This document shows positions 29,150 through 42,651 of a DNA stretch of 64,000 nt, piece by piece. This DNA comes from Candidatus Dormiibacterota bacterium (GTDB taxonomy: Bacteria; Chloroflexota; Dormibacteria; Aeolococcales; Aeolococcaceae): contig CAVPXI010000004.1 in assembly GCA_963709585.1 (NCBI GenBank), positions 256,001 through 320,000 on the forward strand, read 5' to 3'. The notes below the pieces were generated by a model. That model searched no databases, was not told where the DNA came from, and worked only from the letters and a program-made list of their open reading frames with translations. How positions within the stretch are numbered: the stretch's first letter is position 1; each line of letters opens with the position of its first letter. The translations under genes were made by a program, and so were the position numbers.

Positions 29150-31643
29150 CTATGTAGTTGCCGCCGGGACGGGTTCAAAGAACAGCGCGGCCGGTGCCGG
29201 CTCTGGCGGCGCGTCGGTGAGTGGCCAGAGGATCGTGAACCTGCTACCGCCCTTGGCGTCGCTTTGCGCCTTCACGGTCGCGCCGTGCGCATCGCAGAGG
29301 CGGCGCACCAACGCGAGCCCCATGCCCATGCCGCCATGGCGGCGCGTCCGGCTGTTGTCCTCCTGGTAGAAACGGTCGAAGAGACGCGGGATTGCCTCCG
29401 CGCTGATCCCGATGCCGTCGTCCGCCACGTCGATGCGACAGCGGCCGGTGCCCTTGAGCGGACGGGCGCTGACGCTGACGTGGCCGCCTTCCGCCGTGAA
29501 TTTCACGGCGTTGTCGATCAGCGCGCGGAGCACCTGACGGAAGCGAAACGGGTCCGCGTTCACTGCGGGTGAGCCACGCACGTCGATGGTGAGCTCGACG
29601 GGAAGCTCATCCTTGAAGTGGCGTCGCACGTCAGTAGCGGCGTCGCCGATCGCGGTCGCAACGTCCACGGACGACATGCGCACGTCGATCGTGTCGGAGT
29701 TCACCAGCGCGAAGTCGACGATGGTCTCGACCGTCTCGCCGAGCAGTCGCACCGAGATGTCGACATCACGCACGATCTCGAGGCGGGTCGCATCGTCCCA
29801 TTTGCCCCAGGCGAGGTTGAGCAATTCGATCTGCGCCTGAATGGCGAGCACCGGTGTGCGCAACTCGTGCTGTGCGGTGTCCAGAAAGTCGCTCTTCAAC
29901 TGGTTCAGCTCGCTGAGGCGGCGCACCGCTTCACGTTCCTGCTCGAGGGTGCGGGTGTTCTCCACCGCCACGGCGGCGTTGTTGGCCAGGGTGATCAGCG
30001 CGCGCTCGTCGCTCTCCGCCACCTGACTCTCCGACGCGACGACCAGGACGCCGGTCAGCGCCTCCTGGTAAAGCATCGGCACCGCGATCGCGAGCCGGCC
30101 ACCCCAGTCGAGACGGACGGCGTGGCCGGCGCTCAACTCTTCAACCGGCATGGCTTCGGCCATGTCGGGAATCTCTGGGCCACGGCTCCGCATCCGCAGG
30201 AACTCCGCACCACGTCTTGTGTAGAGGGTCGCGCTCGCCGATCCACCCGCGATGGCATCGGCGGCGCCGAGCACCGCGTCCTGAAGTTGCTCGATGCCCC
30301 CGGTGGTCATCGTCAGCGCCCGCGACACCTCCTGGAGGCGCCCCACCGATCCGTCGATGTGCTCGATATAACCGGCGATCTGTCCGCGCATGCGGTTCAC
30401 CCCGGCGGCCAGCCGCCCGAGCTCGTCGCGCGACGTGACCGGTATGTCGGTCGTGTAGTCGCCGGAAGCGATCCGTTCGACGCCGCGCTCCAGCCGGCCG
30501 ACGGGGCGGCGCACGAACCGATCGACGAACAGCAAGACGAGCAGACACACGACGATGAGCGCGGTGAACGCGATCTGCGCGATCGTTCCCTCATCCTGCG
30601 CGGTTCCGGCGGCGAAGATCGACACCGGGACCTCGACGCCGAGATAGCCGGCGATCGCCGTTGCTCCGGGCGCCTCGAGCGGGACGAAGCTCCCGGCGAC
30701 GGCCCCGACCCCCGCCACCGTGTAGATGGCGTGGGCGACTGCCACGCCTGAGAGCGACGGTGGGTGGGCGACCTGCTGGGTGATCGCCGGGGGTGCGACC
30801 GACGGGGTTGGGGTGGCCGCTTGTGACGTGAACCGGATAAACGTGGTGCCCGAGCCTGAGCCGGCCCTGAGGAAGACCGGCGTGTACCCGATCACCGGCC
30901 CGTACCGCGCGAATTGTGTCTGCAGCGGCGCGCTGTACACGACCACCCCCAGCGGTGCGTTGGTGCCTGCCTGGACGTTGAACACCGGCACGGCCACATC
31001 GAGCGCGGGGAGCCCTCCGGCAAGCATCTCAACGCCCTCGATTCCGGGAGGGCACTGGGCGAGAAGTGCCGGGCTGGCTGCGATGGTCGCGCTGGACTGT
31101 CGACACGCCGCGTTCGCCGCAACCTGCAGGGCATCGCGCACGGATGCGAGGCTGTTGGTGACATGCGGGATGGCGCTCTGCTCGCACGCGCTGGTCGCCG
31201 GATGGGTCACAGCACCTCCCAGGCCGGCTCGGTCGCACTCGCTGGTGTACACGACGGCGCCGCGGCTGTCGAGGATGGCGACCCCGAGTCCCGGCAGGTT
31301 CACGATCCGCTTCTGGGTGAACTCGGTGGCGACAAGCTCGTTCGGGTTGCTGCTGCTCAACGCCATCTGCAGCGATGTCAGCGCAGCGACCGCCGTCGCG
31401 GCGTACTGGGCCTGCGGTTGGACCACGCGCGAGATGAGCTCCGCGGCGACTCCCGCGCGGTTGTCCGCGTTGGACAGTGCGCCGGCGTCGGTCTGCTGCG
31501 AGCGGCTCACCAGCAGGAACCCGCTGACCCCCGCGATCAGGAGCGCGGTGAAGACGATCCCACCGGCCAGAAGGGCCGGCGAGGCTGGTTCGCAGGCCGA
31601 ACCTGGGAACGAAGAGGCTGCGGCCCGGCCGACGCGCACGCAT
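29150..31643 (-). CDS. membrane sensor histidine kinase (extracellular-HAMP-GAF-HisKA-HATPase); probable indel near 31578
   Basis: HELRTP, NAVKFT, DDGIG, GMGLAL, DELGRLA HAMP; the likely N-terminus MRARRPGRSLFVPRFGLRTSLA is out of frame. Confidence 0.9.
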
Positions 31644-31779
31644 GGATCGAGCCTATTGGGGCAGCGGGGGCGCCGAATGGGTGACCGCTCGCAGTCCGGA
31701 AACGGGGCGGTGACGAACGATCTCGACCGGACCCGGGATGGGGCGTTCCTCAAGGGGCTGGGAACCGTACGCTTACGGC

Positions 31780-32370
31780 ATGCACTTTCGCCCCCGGAGA
31801 CGCTCGGAGTTCGTCGCGGCTCAGCCCGGGCGTACCGGGGCGGGTGCGGCACTCAAGCGCTGGACGATCCCGGTCATCGGAGCGCTGACCCCGACGGCAC
31901 TCATCGTGGTCAACATCTCGATCTTCATCGCCAAGAACCTCACCGAGTTCCGCTGGACCATCTCGATCCTCGCCTTCGTGAGCGGGCTGATGCTCAACTC
32001 GTGGGCCGGCCTGAACATCTACCGGATGCTGCAGCAGCGCCGGCCGGACCACCCCATTGTGAGCGAGCGCAATCAGGAGGTCGTGCTGGTCGCGGGGATG
32101 GCGGTGATCATCATCGCCGCGTTCCTGACGGCGCTGTTCTGCTACCTCGGCCTCTCCAACTACAACGATCTGCCCAATGGGCTGACCTTCTTCACCGGGG
32201 TGTTCTCCGCGGCGGTGCCGATCCTGCTGCGGGCTGCATTCCACCGGGGCGTGCCCAAGGGACGCGGCCGCGGCGGCACGCCGGTCTCGACGATCTCGGC
32301 GCTGCCGCCGGGCGGGGCTCCCTCGCCGCCGACATCGGCGACGATCCGGCAGTCGATCCCTCGCCAGTAG
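31780..32370 (+). CDS. hypothetical membrane protein (4 TM)
   Basis: Four hydrophobic segments; TACGCT 6 nt before ATG. Confidence 0.7.
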   Translation: MHFRPRRRSEFVAAQPGRTGAGAALKRWTIPVIGALTPTALIVVNISIFIAKNLTEFRWTISILAFVSGLMLNSWAGLNIYRMLQQRRPDHPIVSERNQEVVLVAGMAVIIIAAFLTALFCYLGLSNYNDLPNGLTFFTGVFSAAVPILLRAAFHRGVPKGRGRGGTPVSTISALPPGGAPSPPTSATIRQSIPRQ

Positions 32371-32464
32371 ATCGACCGGCTTTCGGGCGCCGCGGCGGTG
32401 ATCGATGCCGATGCCACGGGCGAGGCGCACTGCGCGCCCCGCACCACAGCATCTTTACGAGGAG

Positions 32465-34394
<1,930 letters not shown>

Positions 34395-34493
34395 GTTGGG
34401 GTCCTCCGGGACTGAAAACAGAATGTTCGATTACGCGCCTGCGGGACGCCCTTATCGAATACCTCGCGCCACCGACATGCTAAACGTAGGGGG

Positions 34494-34877
34494 ATGGGTG
34501 ATTCTCGATCGATCGAGGAGCAGCTGCTCGATCTCCGCCGCCGTGCCGACGAGGATTTCCTCCACCCCGACGCACTCCGCGAGCCCGGGCGGCACCAGCT
34601 CGATCTCCCCGAGCTCGGTCTGCGCGTCAGCGTCACCCGATCCCGGTATCCGAACCGGCCGGACGGGGTCGATCAGTACGCGGTGACCCTGTCACGGCCC
34701 GACCTGGACCGGCGCCCCGGCGAGCAGGAGGTCGGTCTGGTGCTCGCCTCGGCCTTCGGCGACGCCTCGACGCAGGCCGTCGAGCGATCGGCCGGTGCCG
34801 CCCGGATCAGGATGTTCCGCGTGCCTGCCGGCGATCCTGCACCGCCGGTCGGTCAGCCCACCTCGGCGCCCGCGTAG
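34494..34877 (+). CDS. hypothetical protein
   Basis: 127-aa ORF filling the gap between dnaK and pcm, with typical high-GC codon usage. Confidence 0.65.
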   Translation: MGDSRSIEEQLLDLRRRADEDFLHPDALREPGRHQLDLPELGLRVSVTRSRYPNRPDGVDQYAVTLSRPDLDRRPGEQEVGLVLASAFGDASTQAVERSAGAARIRMFRVPAGDPAPPVGQPTSAPA

Positions 34878-35479
34878 CCGTCGGCGCCGATCAACGGCAC
34901 GAAGCGACACGGCCCGAGCGACTCCGTTTCCCAGTGTCCGTTGACGAGGCGCAGACGGGTGAGCTCCTCGCCATTGGGGCCGTCGCTGATCGGCACGACG
35001 AGCCGCCCACCTTCGACGAGTTGGCGGGCAAGCGCCACAGGGAGGCGGGGTGCGGCCGCACCGACCGCGATCGCGTCGAACGGCGCCCGTTCGGGAACCC
35101 CGAGTGTGCCGTCACCCTCGATGACCTCGACGTCATAGGCGAGGCGATGCAGACGCTCCGCGGCCGTCCGCGCGAGCGAAGCGACCCGCTCGATGCTGAC
35201 CACCCGAGCGCCGCAGGCGGCCATCACCGCGGCCTGGTACCCCGAGCCCGTCCCCACGTCGAGCGCTCGGTCGCCGTCGTGCAGCTCGAGCGCCTCGACC
35301 ACCACCGCGACCATGAGCGGCTGGCTGATGGTCTGCCCCGGGGCGTCGATGGGCAGCGCCCGGTCGCTATATGCGCGCTCCCGATCAGCCTCGAGCACGA
35401 ACTCCTCCCGGGGCACGCCCGCCATCGCATGGAGCACGGCCGGCGACCGGATTCCGTGCTCGATCAGCGACGCCATCAT
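34853..35479 (-). CDS. pcm: protein-L-isoaspartate O-methyltransferase
   Basis: VPREEF, GQTISQP, LDVGTGSGYQAA, APFDAI, CRFVPLIG. Confidence 0.95.
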   Translation of the reverse strand: MMASLIEHGIRSPAVLHAMAGVPREEFVLEADRERAYSDRALPIDAPGQTISQPLMVAVVVEALELHDGDRALDVGTGSGYQAAVMAACGARVVSIERVASLARTAAERLHRLAYDVEVIEGDGTLGVPERAPFDAIAVGAAAPRLPVALARQLVEGGRLVVPISDGPNGEELTRLRLVNGHWETESLGPCRFVPLIGADGYAGAEVG

Positions 35480-35502
35480 GCGATCACGATCCGACGTAGC
35501 GG

Positions 35503-35928
35503 TTAGCCTCTGGGTGTGAGATCCAGGTCGGGCGGCGGAGCGTCGGGAAGCTTCCAGACAATCCACTCTTTCTGCCAGCGGCGGTGCAGGTCGTTCGCGG
35601 AGTCGACCGCCTCGTGATAGAGCTTCTCGAACGCCCCGAAGTCATGGGCGTCGAGCGCGGCCATGAGCGGGTCGAGGTCATCGAGCATCCAGGCCTCGAT
35701 GTCGGTCGTGTACTTCGGGCGGGTCACCTCGCAGAGGCGGAGCAGCTTGCGCATCTCCCGAAGCTGCCAGCTTGCGAGCGGCCAGTTGGTGGCTCGGGCG
35801 GCGTAGAAGGCTTTCCAGAATCGCGCGCCGATCTCGGGCATCAACCGCGCCAGCCCGGGCTGGAGGGCGGTGAGCTGCTCGAGCTCGAGGCGTTCGGGGT
35901 TCTTGGGCTGCGCGCCGACCTCGGTCAT
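35503..35928 (-). CDS. hypothetical four-helix-bundle protein, cytochrome-c'-like but lacking CxxCH
   Basis: PGLARLM...NWPLASWQL...SANDLH...WIVWKLP. Confidence 0.7.
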   Translation of the reverse strand: MTEVGAQPKNPERLELEQLTALQPGLARLMPEIGARFWKAFYAARATNWPLASWQLREMRKLLRLCEVTRPKYTTDIEAWMLDDLDPLMAALDAHDFGAFEKLYHEAVDSANDLHRRWQKEWIVWKLPDAPPPDLDLTPRG

Positions 35929-35961
35929 ACCAGGTTCAAGTCTACGGACGAGGCGCGGCCG

Positions 35962-35987
35962 GGAACCTGCCCTGCATCAAGCGCGTC
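35962..35987 (+). promoter_or_regulatory. ECF-sigma-type promoter candidate
   Basis: GGAACC-N16-CGTC, 8 nt before ATG 35996. Confidence 0.6.
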
Positions 35988-35995
35988 TCAGAACC

Positions 35996-37519
35996 ATGAG
36001 TACTGAAGTGCTGCGCGCGCGCTGGTCGCGTCCGCTCGCCGGGATCGCCTTGGTCGCAGTCGTCGGAGCCGGGCTCGGCGCATATTTCGGGATCCGAGCG
36101 GTCCAGGGAGCCGGCTCCGCCTCATCAGCTGGACAGCCACCCGCTCGCAGCGGCGCGGCCATGGCCTTTGACGCGGCGAATGGGTCGGTGGTTCTCTTCG
36201 GCGGTCAGAGCAGAACCCGCAGCCTTGACGACACCTGGACGTGGGACGGCACGGGGTGGACGCAGGCGCATCCCGCGACCTCGCCGCCCCTGCTGGACAA
36301 CGCTCAGATGACCTATGACCCGATGAGCCGCGATGTGCTCCTGGTTGGCCTGCGGCACGTCACGGGGTCGACCGGTCCGATCGCCTGTTCCGGAGGCTCC
36401 GGATCGGTGTCGTCGGGTTCCTCGGGCGTGACGACGCCGGTCGTCCCGCCGGTGCAGCCACTCCCGGCAATCGCGCCGACCCCACGGGCCGCGGGGAGGG
36501 TGGCGCCTGCCTGCAACACCTCGATTTCGCCGAGCGCGGTGACATGGCTGTGGAACGGCAGCGACTGGTCGAAGGCCTCGGGCTCGACGCCGTTCGTCTT
36601 CTTCGGGAGCGGGGCCCTGGCCACCGACCCGGTGTCCCATCGGGTCGTGCTGCTCGAGCTGGGCCCATTTCCGGAGCCGATGCTCGGCGCCGCGCAGCCG
36701 GCAATCGCGTGCCCGGTGCAACGCGGAACCCCGGCAGCACAACCGTCATGCCCCCTGCCCTTCCGCGTCACACCTGGCTGGACCTGGAACGGGCGCGCTT
36801 GGACGGCGATGGCGTCAAGCGTCAACGCGTCGTCATTCGGTTGGTACGGCTCGTCGATCGTCGACGACGCGGTCACCGGCAAGCTCGCATCGTTCGGCAA
36901 TGAGTTCATCGCGCCGACGCCCACGCCACCGACCTGCCAGACCTGCGCCACCGGGCCACCCGTGAAGCAGTCCGCCTGCTGCACCGGCACCGAGAGCATC
37001 TGGAACGGCGCCACCTGGAAGCGCGTCGCCACATACAAGGGCGGACCGCCCACGCCGGGCGCCGTCTTCGTGGGCGATCCAGCAACGCACAGCGATATCG
37101 TGCTGACCAGTGACGGGCAGACCTGGCGCTGGACCGGGGTCTGGACGCGGGTGCACCCCGGCACCACGCCCCCGATCGCGAGCGGGGTTTCCGCGGCGTT
37201 CGACACGGCTACCGGAAAGGTTGTGGTGTTCGGCGGCTTTGGCACCACGTCGCGCCAGACCGGGCTCTACGACCAGACCTGGACGTGGGACGGCTCCACC
37301 TGGACACAGCGCGGAGGCAGTGCCGGCCCCAGCGTGACCATCCCGGTCCCATCCCCCGTGAGCGTTCCCCCGAGTTTCGCGTGCACCCCGGTCCCGTCGC
37401 CGCCGGTCCAACCACAGACGGTCTGCAACGGCAAGATCGGCGGCGGTTCTGGAAGCACCGGAGTCAGCACTGGGGTCAGCAACAGTGCCGGCACCAGCAG
37501 CGGGGTCGTCGCGCCCTGA
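35996..37519 (+). CDS. membrane-anchored Kelch-like repeat protein with Cys/Pro-rich insertions
   Basis: N-terminal TM; AMAFDAANGSVVLFGG...DTWTWDG repeats. Confidence 0.8.
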   Translation: MSTEVLRARWSRPLAGIALVAVVGAGLGAYFGIRAVQGAGSASSAGQPPARSGAAMAFDAANGSVVLFGGQSRTRSLDDTWTWDGTGWTQAHPATSPPLLDNAQMTYDPMSRDVLLVGLRHVTGSTGPIACSGGSGSVSSGSSGVTTPVVPPVQPLPAIAPTPRAAGRVAPACNTSISPSAVTWLWNGSDWSKASGSTPFVFFGSGALATDPVSHRVVLLELGPFPEPMLGAAQPAIACPVQRGTPAAQPSCPLPFRVTPGWTWNGRAWTAMASSVNASSFGWYGSSIVDDAVTGKLASFGNEFIAPTPTPPTCQTCATGPPVKQSACCTGTESIWNGATWKRVATYKGGPPTPGAVFVGDPATHSDIVLTSDGQTWRWTGVWTRVHPGTTPPIASGVSAAFDTATGKVVVFGGFGTTSRQTGLYDQTWTWDGSTWTQRGGSAGPSVTIPVPSPVSVPPSFACTPVPSPPVQPQTVCNGKIGGGSGSTGVSTGVSNSAGTSSGVVAP

Positions 37520-37538
37520 GCCGCCACAATGGCTGGGC

Positions 37539-38015
37539 ATGGGAGATCTCGAGGACGTCCGCATCGAAACCCTCGAGGATCATCAGAACGCTCAGGTCCG
37601 GGCGATGCTCGTCGACCTGGCGCTCGCCGAGCAGCGCCACTACGACCACCCCGAGGAGACCTCGGAACAGCTGAGCACCCGCCTGACCACCGCTCCGCGG
37701 TTCGCCGGTGAGAACCACATCCTGGTGGCGCGCACGTCCAGCGGAGACACGATCGGGCTCTGTTGGGTGGTGCTGTTCGATCCCGGGACTGGTCTCGAGG
37801 CCGAGATCGCGGAGCTGTACGTCCGCCCCCACGAGCGCGGTCAGGGCGTCGCCCATCGCCTGATGGCCGAGGCCATGCAGCTGATCCGCAGCCGCGAGGT
37901 CACCTTCGCATGCGTCTGGACTCGAGGTGACAATCAGGCGGCGCTGTCCGCATACATCGCCGCCGGATTCGCGCCGACCGAGCAGACCGTGCTCACCTGG
38001 CTCCCGCTCGAATGA
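37539..38015 (+). CDS. GNAT-family acetyltransferase
   Basis: LYVRPHERGQGVA, NQAALSAYIAAGF. Confidence 0.9.
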   Translation: MGDLEDVRIETLEDHQNAQVRAMLVDLALAEQRHYDHPEETSEQLSTRLTTAPRFAGENHILVARTSSGDTIGLCWVVLFDPGTGLEAEIAELYVRPHERGQGVAHRLMAEAMQLIRSREVTFACVWTRGDNQAALSAYIAAGFAPTEQTVLTWLPLE

Positions 38016-38043
38016 GTCGAGAGGTCGGGATAATGGCGGCTCC

Positions 38044-38346
38044 ATGACCCTTTCTCGTGCTGACGTCGATCACGTCGCGACCCTTGCGCGGCTGGGCTTG
38101 AGCGACCCCGAAAAGGACCGTCTCCTCGGCGAGCTGGAGGCGATCCTCGATCACATCGCACGGCTGCAGACCGTCGATACGTCGGCGCTCGCGGCGACCG
38201 CGCAGGTCGGTGATCTCGTCAACGTGATGCGCGCTGACGAGACGGAGGAGCCGATCGGCGCCACGGCCGCGCTGCGCAACGCACCCGCGTCGGACGGCAG
38301 CCACTTCGTGGTCGGGGCGATCCAGGGCGCCGAGCTTGACGCCTGA
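38044..38346 (+). CDS. gatC: Asp/Glu-tRNA amidotransferase subunit C
   Basis: [21 protein letters not shown]; directly upstream of gatA. Confidence 0.95.
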   Translation: MTLSRADVDHVATLARLGLSDPEKDRLLGELEAILDHIARLQTVDTSALAATAQVGDLVNVMRADETEEPIGATAALRNAPASDGSHFVVGAIQGAELDA

Positions 38347-39799
38347 CACGATCACCGGGCTGGCCGCGGCGCTCCGCGACGGAAGCACGACGCCTCGCGC
38401 ACTGCTTGCCGTCGCGCTTGCGCACGTCGAGGGAAGCGACAAGGACCTGAACGCGTATCTCACAGTCACGCGTGAGCTCGCCGAACAGCAGGCCGACGCC
38501 GCGGCGCGCACGCTCGAGGATCATCCCGACACGGCGTCGCCGCTGTGCGGCATCCCGATGGCGCTCAAGGACGTGCTCTGCGTCGACGGGATCGAGACCA
38601 CCGCCGGGTCGAAGATCCTGCGCGGGTTCAAACCGCCGTACACCGGAACGGCGGTACAGCGCTTGTTCGATGCCGGTGCGGTGTGCGTCGGCAAGACCAA
38701 CTGCGATGAGTTCGCCATGGGATCGTCGACCGAGAACTCCGCGTACGGACCGGTCGGCAACCCGTGGGACATCGAGCGGGTTCCGGGAGGGAGCAGCGGC
38801 GGCAGCGCGGCGACGGTCGCCGCCGGCTCGGTCCCGTACTCGCTCGGCAGCGACACCGGCGGCTCGATCCGGCAGCCCGCGGCCCTCTCCGGCGTGGTCG
38901 GCTTCAAACCGACGTACGGGCGGGTTTCGCGGTACGGGCTGATCGCATTCGCGTCGTCGCTCGACCAGATCGGTCCGTTCACGCGCACCGTCGAGGACTG
39001 CGCGCTTGTCTACGCCGCCATCGCCGGTCACGATCCGCGCGACAGCACGTCGGAGCCGCGCGCGGTCGACGACCCGCTCGCTTCGCTGCACGCCGGCGTT
39101 GCGGGGATGCGCCTGGGGATTCCCCGCGAGTACATCGGCGAGGGCACCGAGCCGGGTGTGCGTGCGGCGGTGGAGGCGGCGTTTCGCGTTCTCGAGGCTC
39201 AGGGAGCGACGCTCCGCGAGGTCTCGCTGCCGAGCACCGACGTTGCGCTCAGCGTGTACTACATCATCGCTCCTGCGGAGTGCTCGTCCAACCTGGCGCG
39301 GTACGACGGTGTGCGTTTCGGCAATCGCGTGGAGCGTCCGTCGGTCACCGACATGTACATGCAGACACGTGGCGCGGGCTTCGGCAACGAGGTCAAACGC
39401 AGGGTCATGCTCGGCACGTACGCGCTCTCAAGCGGCTATTACGACGCCTACTACCGTCAGGCGCAGAAGGTCAGAACGCTGGTGGGCCAGGAGTTCGAGG
39501 CCGTCTTCAAGGAGGTGGACGCGATCGTGTGCCCAACCTCTCCAAGCGTGGCCTTCACCATGGGATCGCGCGCCGACCCGCTGTCCATGTACATGTGCGA
39601 TGTGGTGACACTACCGGCCAACCTCGCGGGTGTCCCGGGGATCTCGGTGCCGTGTGGGTTCGTGGACGGACTCCCGGTCGGGCTGCAGGTGATCGCACCG
39701 CGATTCGAGGACTCGCGCGTTCTCAGGGTGGCGCACGCGTACGAGCAGGCGACCGACTTCCACACGGTGCGCTCGCCGTACGCGCGGGAGGCCGCGTGA
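38336..39799 (+). CDS. gatA: Asp/Glu-tRNA amidotransferase subunit A
   Basis: [45 protein letters not shown]. Confidence 0.97.
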   Translation: MTPDTITGLAAALRDGSTTPRALLAVALAHVEGSDKDLNAYLTVTRELAEQQADAAARTLEDHPDTASPLCGIPMALKDVLCVDGIETTAGSKILRGFKPPYTGTAVQRLFDAGAVCVGKTNCDEFAMGSSTENSAYGPVGNPWDIERVPGGSSGGSAATVAAGSVPYSLGSDTGGSIRQPAALSGVVGFKPTYGRVSRYGLIAFASSLDQIGPFTRTVEDCALVYAAIAGHDPRDSTSEPRAVDDPLASLHAGVAGMRLGIPREYIGEGTEPGVRAAVEAAFRVLEAQGATLREVSLPSTDVALSVYYIIAPAECSSNLARYDGVRFGNRVERPSVTDMYMQTRGAGFGNEVKRRVMLGTYALSSGYYDAYYRQAQKVRTLVGQEFEAVFKEVDAIVCPTSPSVAFTMGSRADPLSMYMCDVVTLPANLAGVPGISVPCGFVDGLPVGLQVIAPRFEDSRVLRVAHAYEQATDFHTVRSPYAREAA

Positions 39800-41280
39800 C
39801 CGAGGCGGCCACGATATCGGCGGCGGCACTCGGTCGCTACGAGGTGGTGATCGGGCTCGAAGTGCACGCGCAACTGCTGACGCGCAGCAAGATGTTCTGC
39901 TGGTGCCCTGCGGACTACACAAGCGCCGCCCCGAATGAGAACACCTGCCCGGTGTGCCTCGGTCTGCCCGGTGTGCTGCCGAACATCAATGAGCAGGCCG
40001 TTGAGTACACGCTGCGCACCGCGCTCGCGCTGCAGTGCGACATACCCGCCTTCACGAAGTTCGATCGCAAGAACTATTTCTATCCGGATCTCCCCAAGGG
40101 CTACCAGATCTCGCAGTACGACCTACCGTTGTCGGTCAACGGGTTTCTCGCGTTTCCGCTCGGCGGCGAGACCGTCCGTTGTGGGATCACGCGCGTCCAC
40201 CTCGAGGAGGACACCGGGACGATGCACCACGCCGGCGACGTGCTCCAGAGCGCGACGTCCTCGCTGATCGACCTCAACCGGGCCGGCGTGCCGCTCATGG
40301 AGATCGTCGGCGAACCCGACCTGCGCACCCCTGAAGCGGCACGCGAGTACCTGGTGCGCCTGCGTCAGATCCTCATGTACATCGGCGTCAACGACGGCAA
40401 CCTCGAGAAGGGCTCGTTCCGCTGCGACGCCAATATCTCGCTCCGCCCGCGCGGCGCCCGGGAATTGGGTGTCAAGGTCGAGATCAAGAACATGAACTCG
40501 TTCCGGGCGGTGCACCGCGCCCTCGAATCGGAGATCGAGCGGCAGACCGGCGTGCTCGACGCCGGCGGGACGCTCGTGCAGGAGACGCGTGGGTGGGTGG
40601 AGACACAGGGGCGCACGATCTCGCAGCGAAGCAAGGAGCAGGCTCACGACTACCGCTATTTCCCCGAGCCCGATCTGCCACCGCTGCGCCCGGACGCCGC
40701 GTTCATCGAGCGGGTGCGCGCGACCCTGCCTGAGCTTCCCGAGGCCCGAGGGCATCGCTTCCAGGAGCAGTTTGGATTGACCGCCTACGACGCCGCGGTG
40801 CTCACCGATACGCGCGAGGACGCGGACACCTACGAGTCACTCGTCGCCGCTGGTGTTCCCGCCAAACTTGCCGCCAACTGGCAGAGCGGCGATGTCGCGG
40901 CGCTGGCGAACGAGCACAGGATGGCGCTGCAGCACAGCGGTCTCGGCGTCGACGGGCTCGCGAGCCTGCTCCGCCTTGTCGACGCGGGCACGATCAACGG
41001 CCCGACCGCGAAGGAGCTGCTCGCCGAGCTCTATGTGGGCGGCGGCAATCCGGAGGCGCTGGTGCGGGATCGTGGTCTCGCCCAGGTCAGCGATACCACC
41101 GAGCTGAGCGCGCTGGTCGACGCCGCTATCGCCGCAAATCCTGCCGCCGCCGCCGACTTCCGCGCCGGCAAGCAGCAGGCGCTCGGGCAGCTGATGCGTG
41201 CCGTCAAGGACGCGACCGGCGGGAAGGCCGACATGCCGCTGGTGAACCGCCTGCTCCGCGACCGGCTGTTGGAGCAGTAG
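39796..41280 (+). CDS. gatB: Asp/Glu-tRNA amidotransferase subunit B
   Basis: [36 protein letters not shown]. Confidence 0.97.
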   Translation: MTEAATISAAALGRYEVVIGLEVHAQLLTRSKMFCWCPADYTSAAPNENTCPVCLGLPGVLPNINEQAVEYTLRTALALQCDIPAFTKFDRKNYFYPDLPKGYQISQYDLPLSVNGFLAFPLGGETVRCGITRVHLEEDTGTMHHAGDVLQSATSSLIDLNRAGVPLMEIVGEPDLRTPEAAREYLVRLRQILMYIGVNDGNLEKGSFRCDANISLRPRGARELGVKVEIKNMNSFRAVHRALESEIERQTGVLDAGGTLVQETRGWVETQGRTISQRSKEQAHDYRYFPEPDLPPLRPDAAFIERVRATLPELPEARGHRFQEQFGLTAYDAAVLTDTREDADTYESLVAAGVPAKLAANWQSGDVAALANEHRMALQHSGLGVDGLASLLRLVDAGTINGPTAKELLAELYVGGGNPEALVRDRGLAQVSDTTELSALVDAAIAANPAAAADFRAGKQQALGQLMRAVKDATGGKADMPLVNRLLRDRLLEQ

Positions 41281-41300
41281 CCCTGGTTCGTCTCGGACGC

Positions 41301-42563
41301 ATGGTCCACGGTGGGCTGTGTCTCGCCCGCGACGACCAGGGCGCGACCATGCTCGTGGAGGGCGGCATTCCCGGCGAGGATGTCGAGGTGTCGGTCCGCT
41401 ACCGAAAGGGCGCGACATCATTCGCCGAGGTCGTGCGCGTGGTCGAGGCGTCGCCGCACCGCGTCGTCCCACCGTGCCCCTACGTGCCCCGATGCGGCGG
41501 CTGCCAGCTTCAGCACGTTGCGTACGCGCACCAGGTGGAGCTGAAGCGGGACATCGTCCTCGACGCGCTGCACCGCCAGCGTATCGAGCACCCGGCGCCG
41601 CGCATGCACGCGGTCGACGATCCGTGGCGGTACCGCCTTCGCGGTGAATTCCATGTCATCGCCGGCACCGAGGGCACGCCTCCCGCGCTCGGGTTCAACC
41701 GAGCGCGCAGCTGGCGGCCGATCGCCGTCGACGACTGCCTGATCCATCACCCGCGGATCACCACCGCGCTGCCCGCGCTGCGCGGGCTCCTCAACTCGAG
41801 CGCGACCAACGCGCTCGGCACGCTGCACCTCACCGTCGGCGAGGACGGGCAGGAGCTCCTCGTCCACGCCAAGCCCGCGCGAGGACTGGCGAGCGGCGCG
41901 CTCGACGGGGGCCTCGACCTTCCCGACGGCGGGCGCGTGAGCACGACGTCGACGACTCTGCGCTGGCGCGGGATGACCTTTCGGGTAACTCCCGACGCGT
42001 TCATCCAGGTCAACTGGGCGCAGATGGACGTGCTCTATCAGTGCGTCATCGACGCGCTCGGCGGTCACGCCGGTCTCAGGGTCGTCGACGCCTACGCCGG
42101 GATCGGCGTGCTCGCCTGCCACCTCGCCGGCGAGGCGCGCGAGGTGGTCTGCATCGAGAGCAACCGCGGCGCCGCCCAACTCGGTGTGCTCAATGCGCGC
42201 GTGAACGACGTCGCCGACCGCATGCACTTCGTGCTCTCGCCCGTCGAGGACGCGTTGCCGCGTGCCGGCGCCGCCGAGATGGCCGACGTCGTCATCCTCG
42301 ACCCACCCCGGGCAGGCTGCTCGGGCCGCGTCACCGGGTGGCTCGCGCTCGCCGGGCCGGAGCGCATCGTCTACGTCTCCTGCGATCCCGCCACGCTCGC
42401 CCGCGACCTCCACACGCTGGTTGCTTCAGGGCCCTACCGCGTGGACGGACTCGACGTCGTCGACATGTTTCCGCAGACGTATCACGTCGAAAGCGTGGTC
42501 AGCCTCACACGAGCCGGCGCGCCCCCCATCGGCGACCTGCCGGAGCCCTCGGTGGCCGGCTGA
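41301..42563 (+). CDS. rlmD: 23S rRNA m5U methyltransferase, RlmD/TrmA family
   Basis: TRAM domain, CPYVPRCGGC Fe-S motif, LDPPRAG, YVSCDPATLARD, DMFPQTYHVE. Confidence 0.9.
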   Translation: MVHGGLCLARDDQGATMLVEGGIPGEDVEVSVRYRKGATSFAEVVRVVEASPHRVVPPCPYVPRCGGCQLQHVAYAHQVELKRDIVLDALHRQRIEHPAPRMHAVDDPWRYRLRGEFHVIAGTEGTPPALGFNRARSWRPIAVDDCLIHHPRITTALPALRGLLNSSATNALGTLHLTVGEDGQELLVHAKPARGLASGALDGGLDLPDGGRVSTTSTTLRWRGMTFRVTPDAFIQVNWAQMDVLYQCVIDALGGHAGLRVVDAYAGIGVLACHLAGEAREVVCIESNRGAAQLGVLNARVNDVADRMHFVLSPVEDALPRAGAAEMADVVILDPPRAGCSGRVTGWLALAGPERIVYVSCDPATLARDLHTLVASGPYRVDGLDVVDMFPQTYHVESVVSLTRAGAPPIGDLPEPSVAG

Positions 42564-42651
42564 GCGGTACGCTCACTACCCGCGGCGGTGGGCTGCTGCG
42601 GAGTGGTAGCGTACGTCTGTTCGTTGTCATCGACCGCAGCCAGGAGCCAGA

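Noticed and set aside
34410-34431. LexA box upstream of dnaK
   Set aside because: Spacing is GAAC-N5-GTTT rather than GAAC-N4-GTTC
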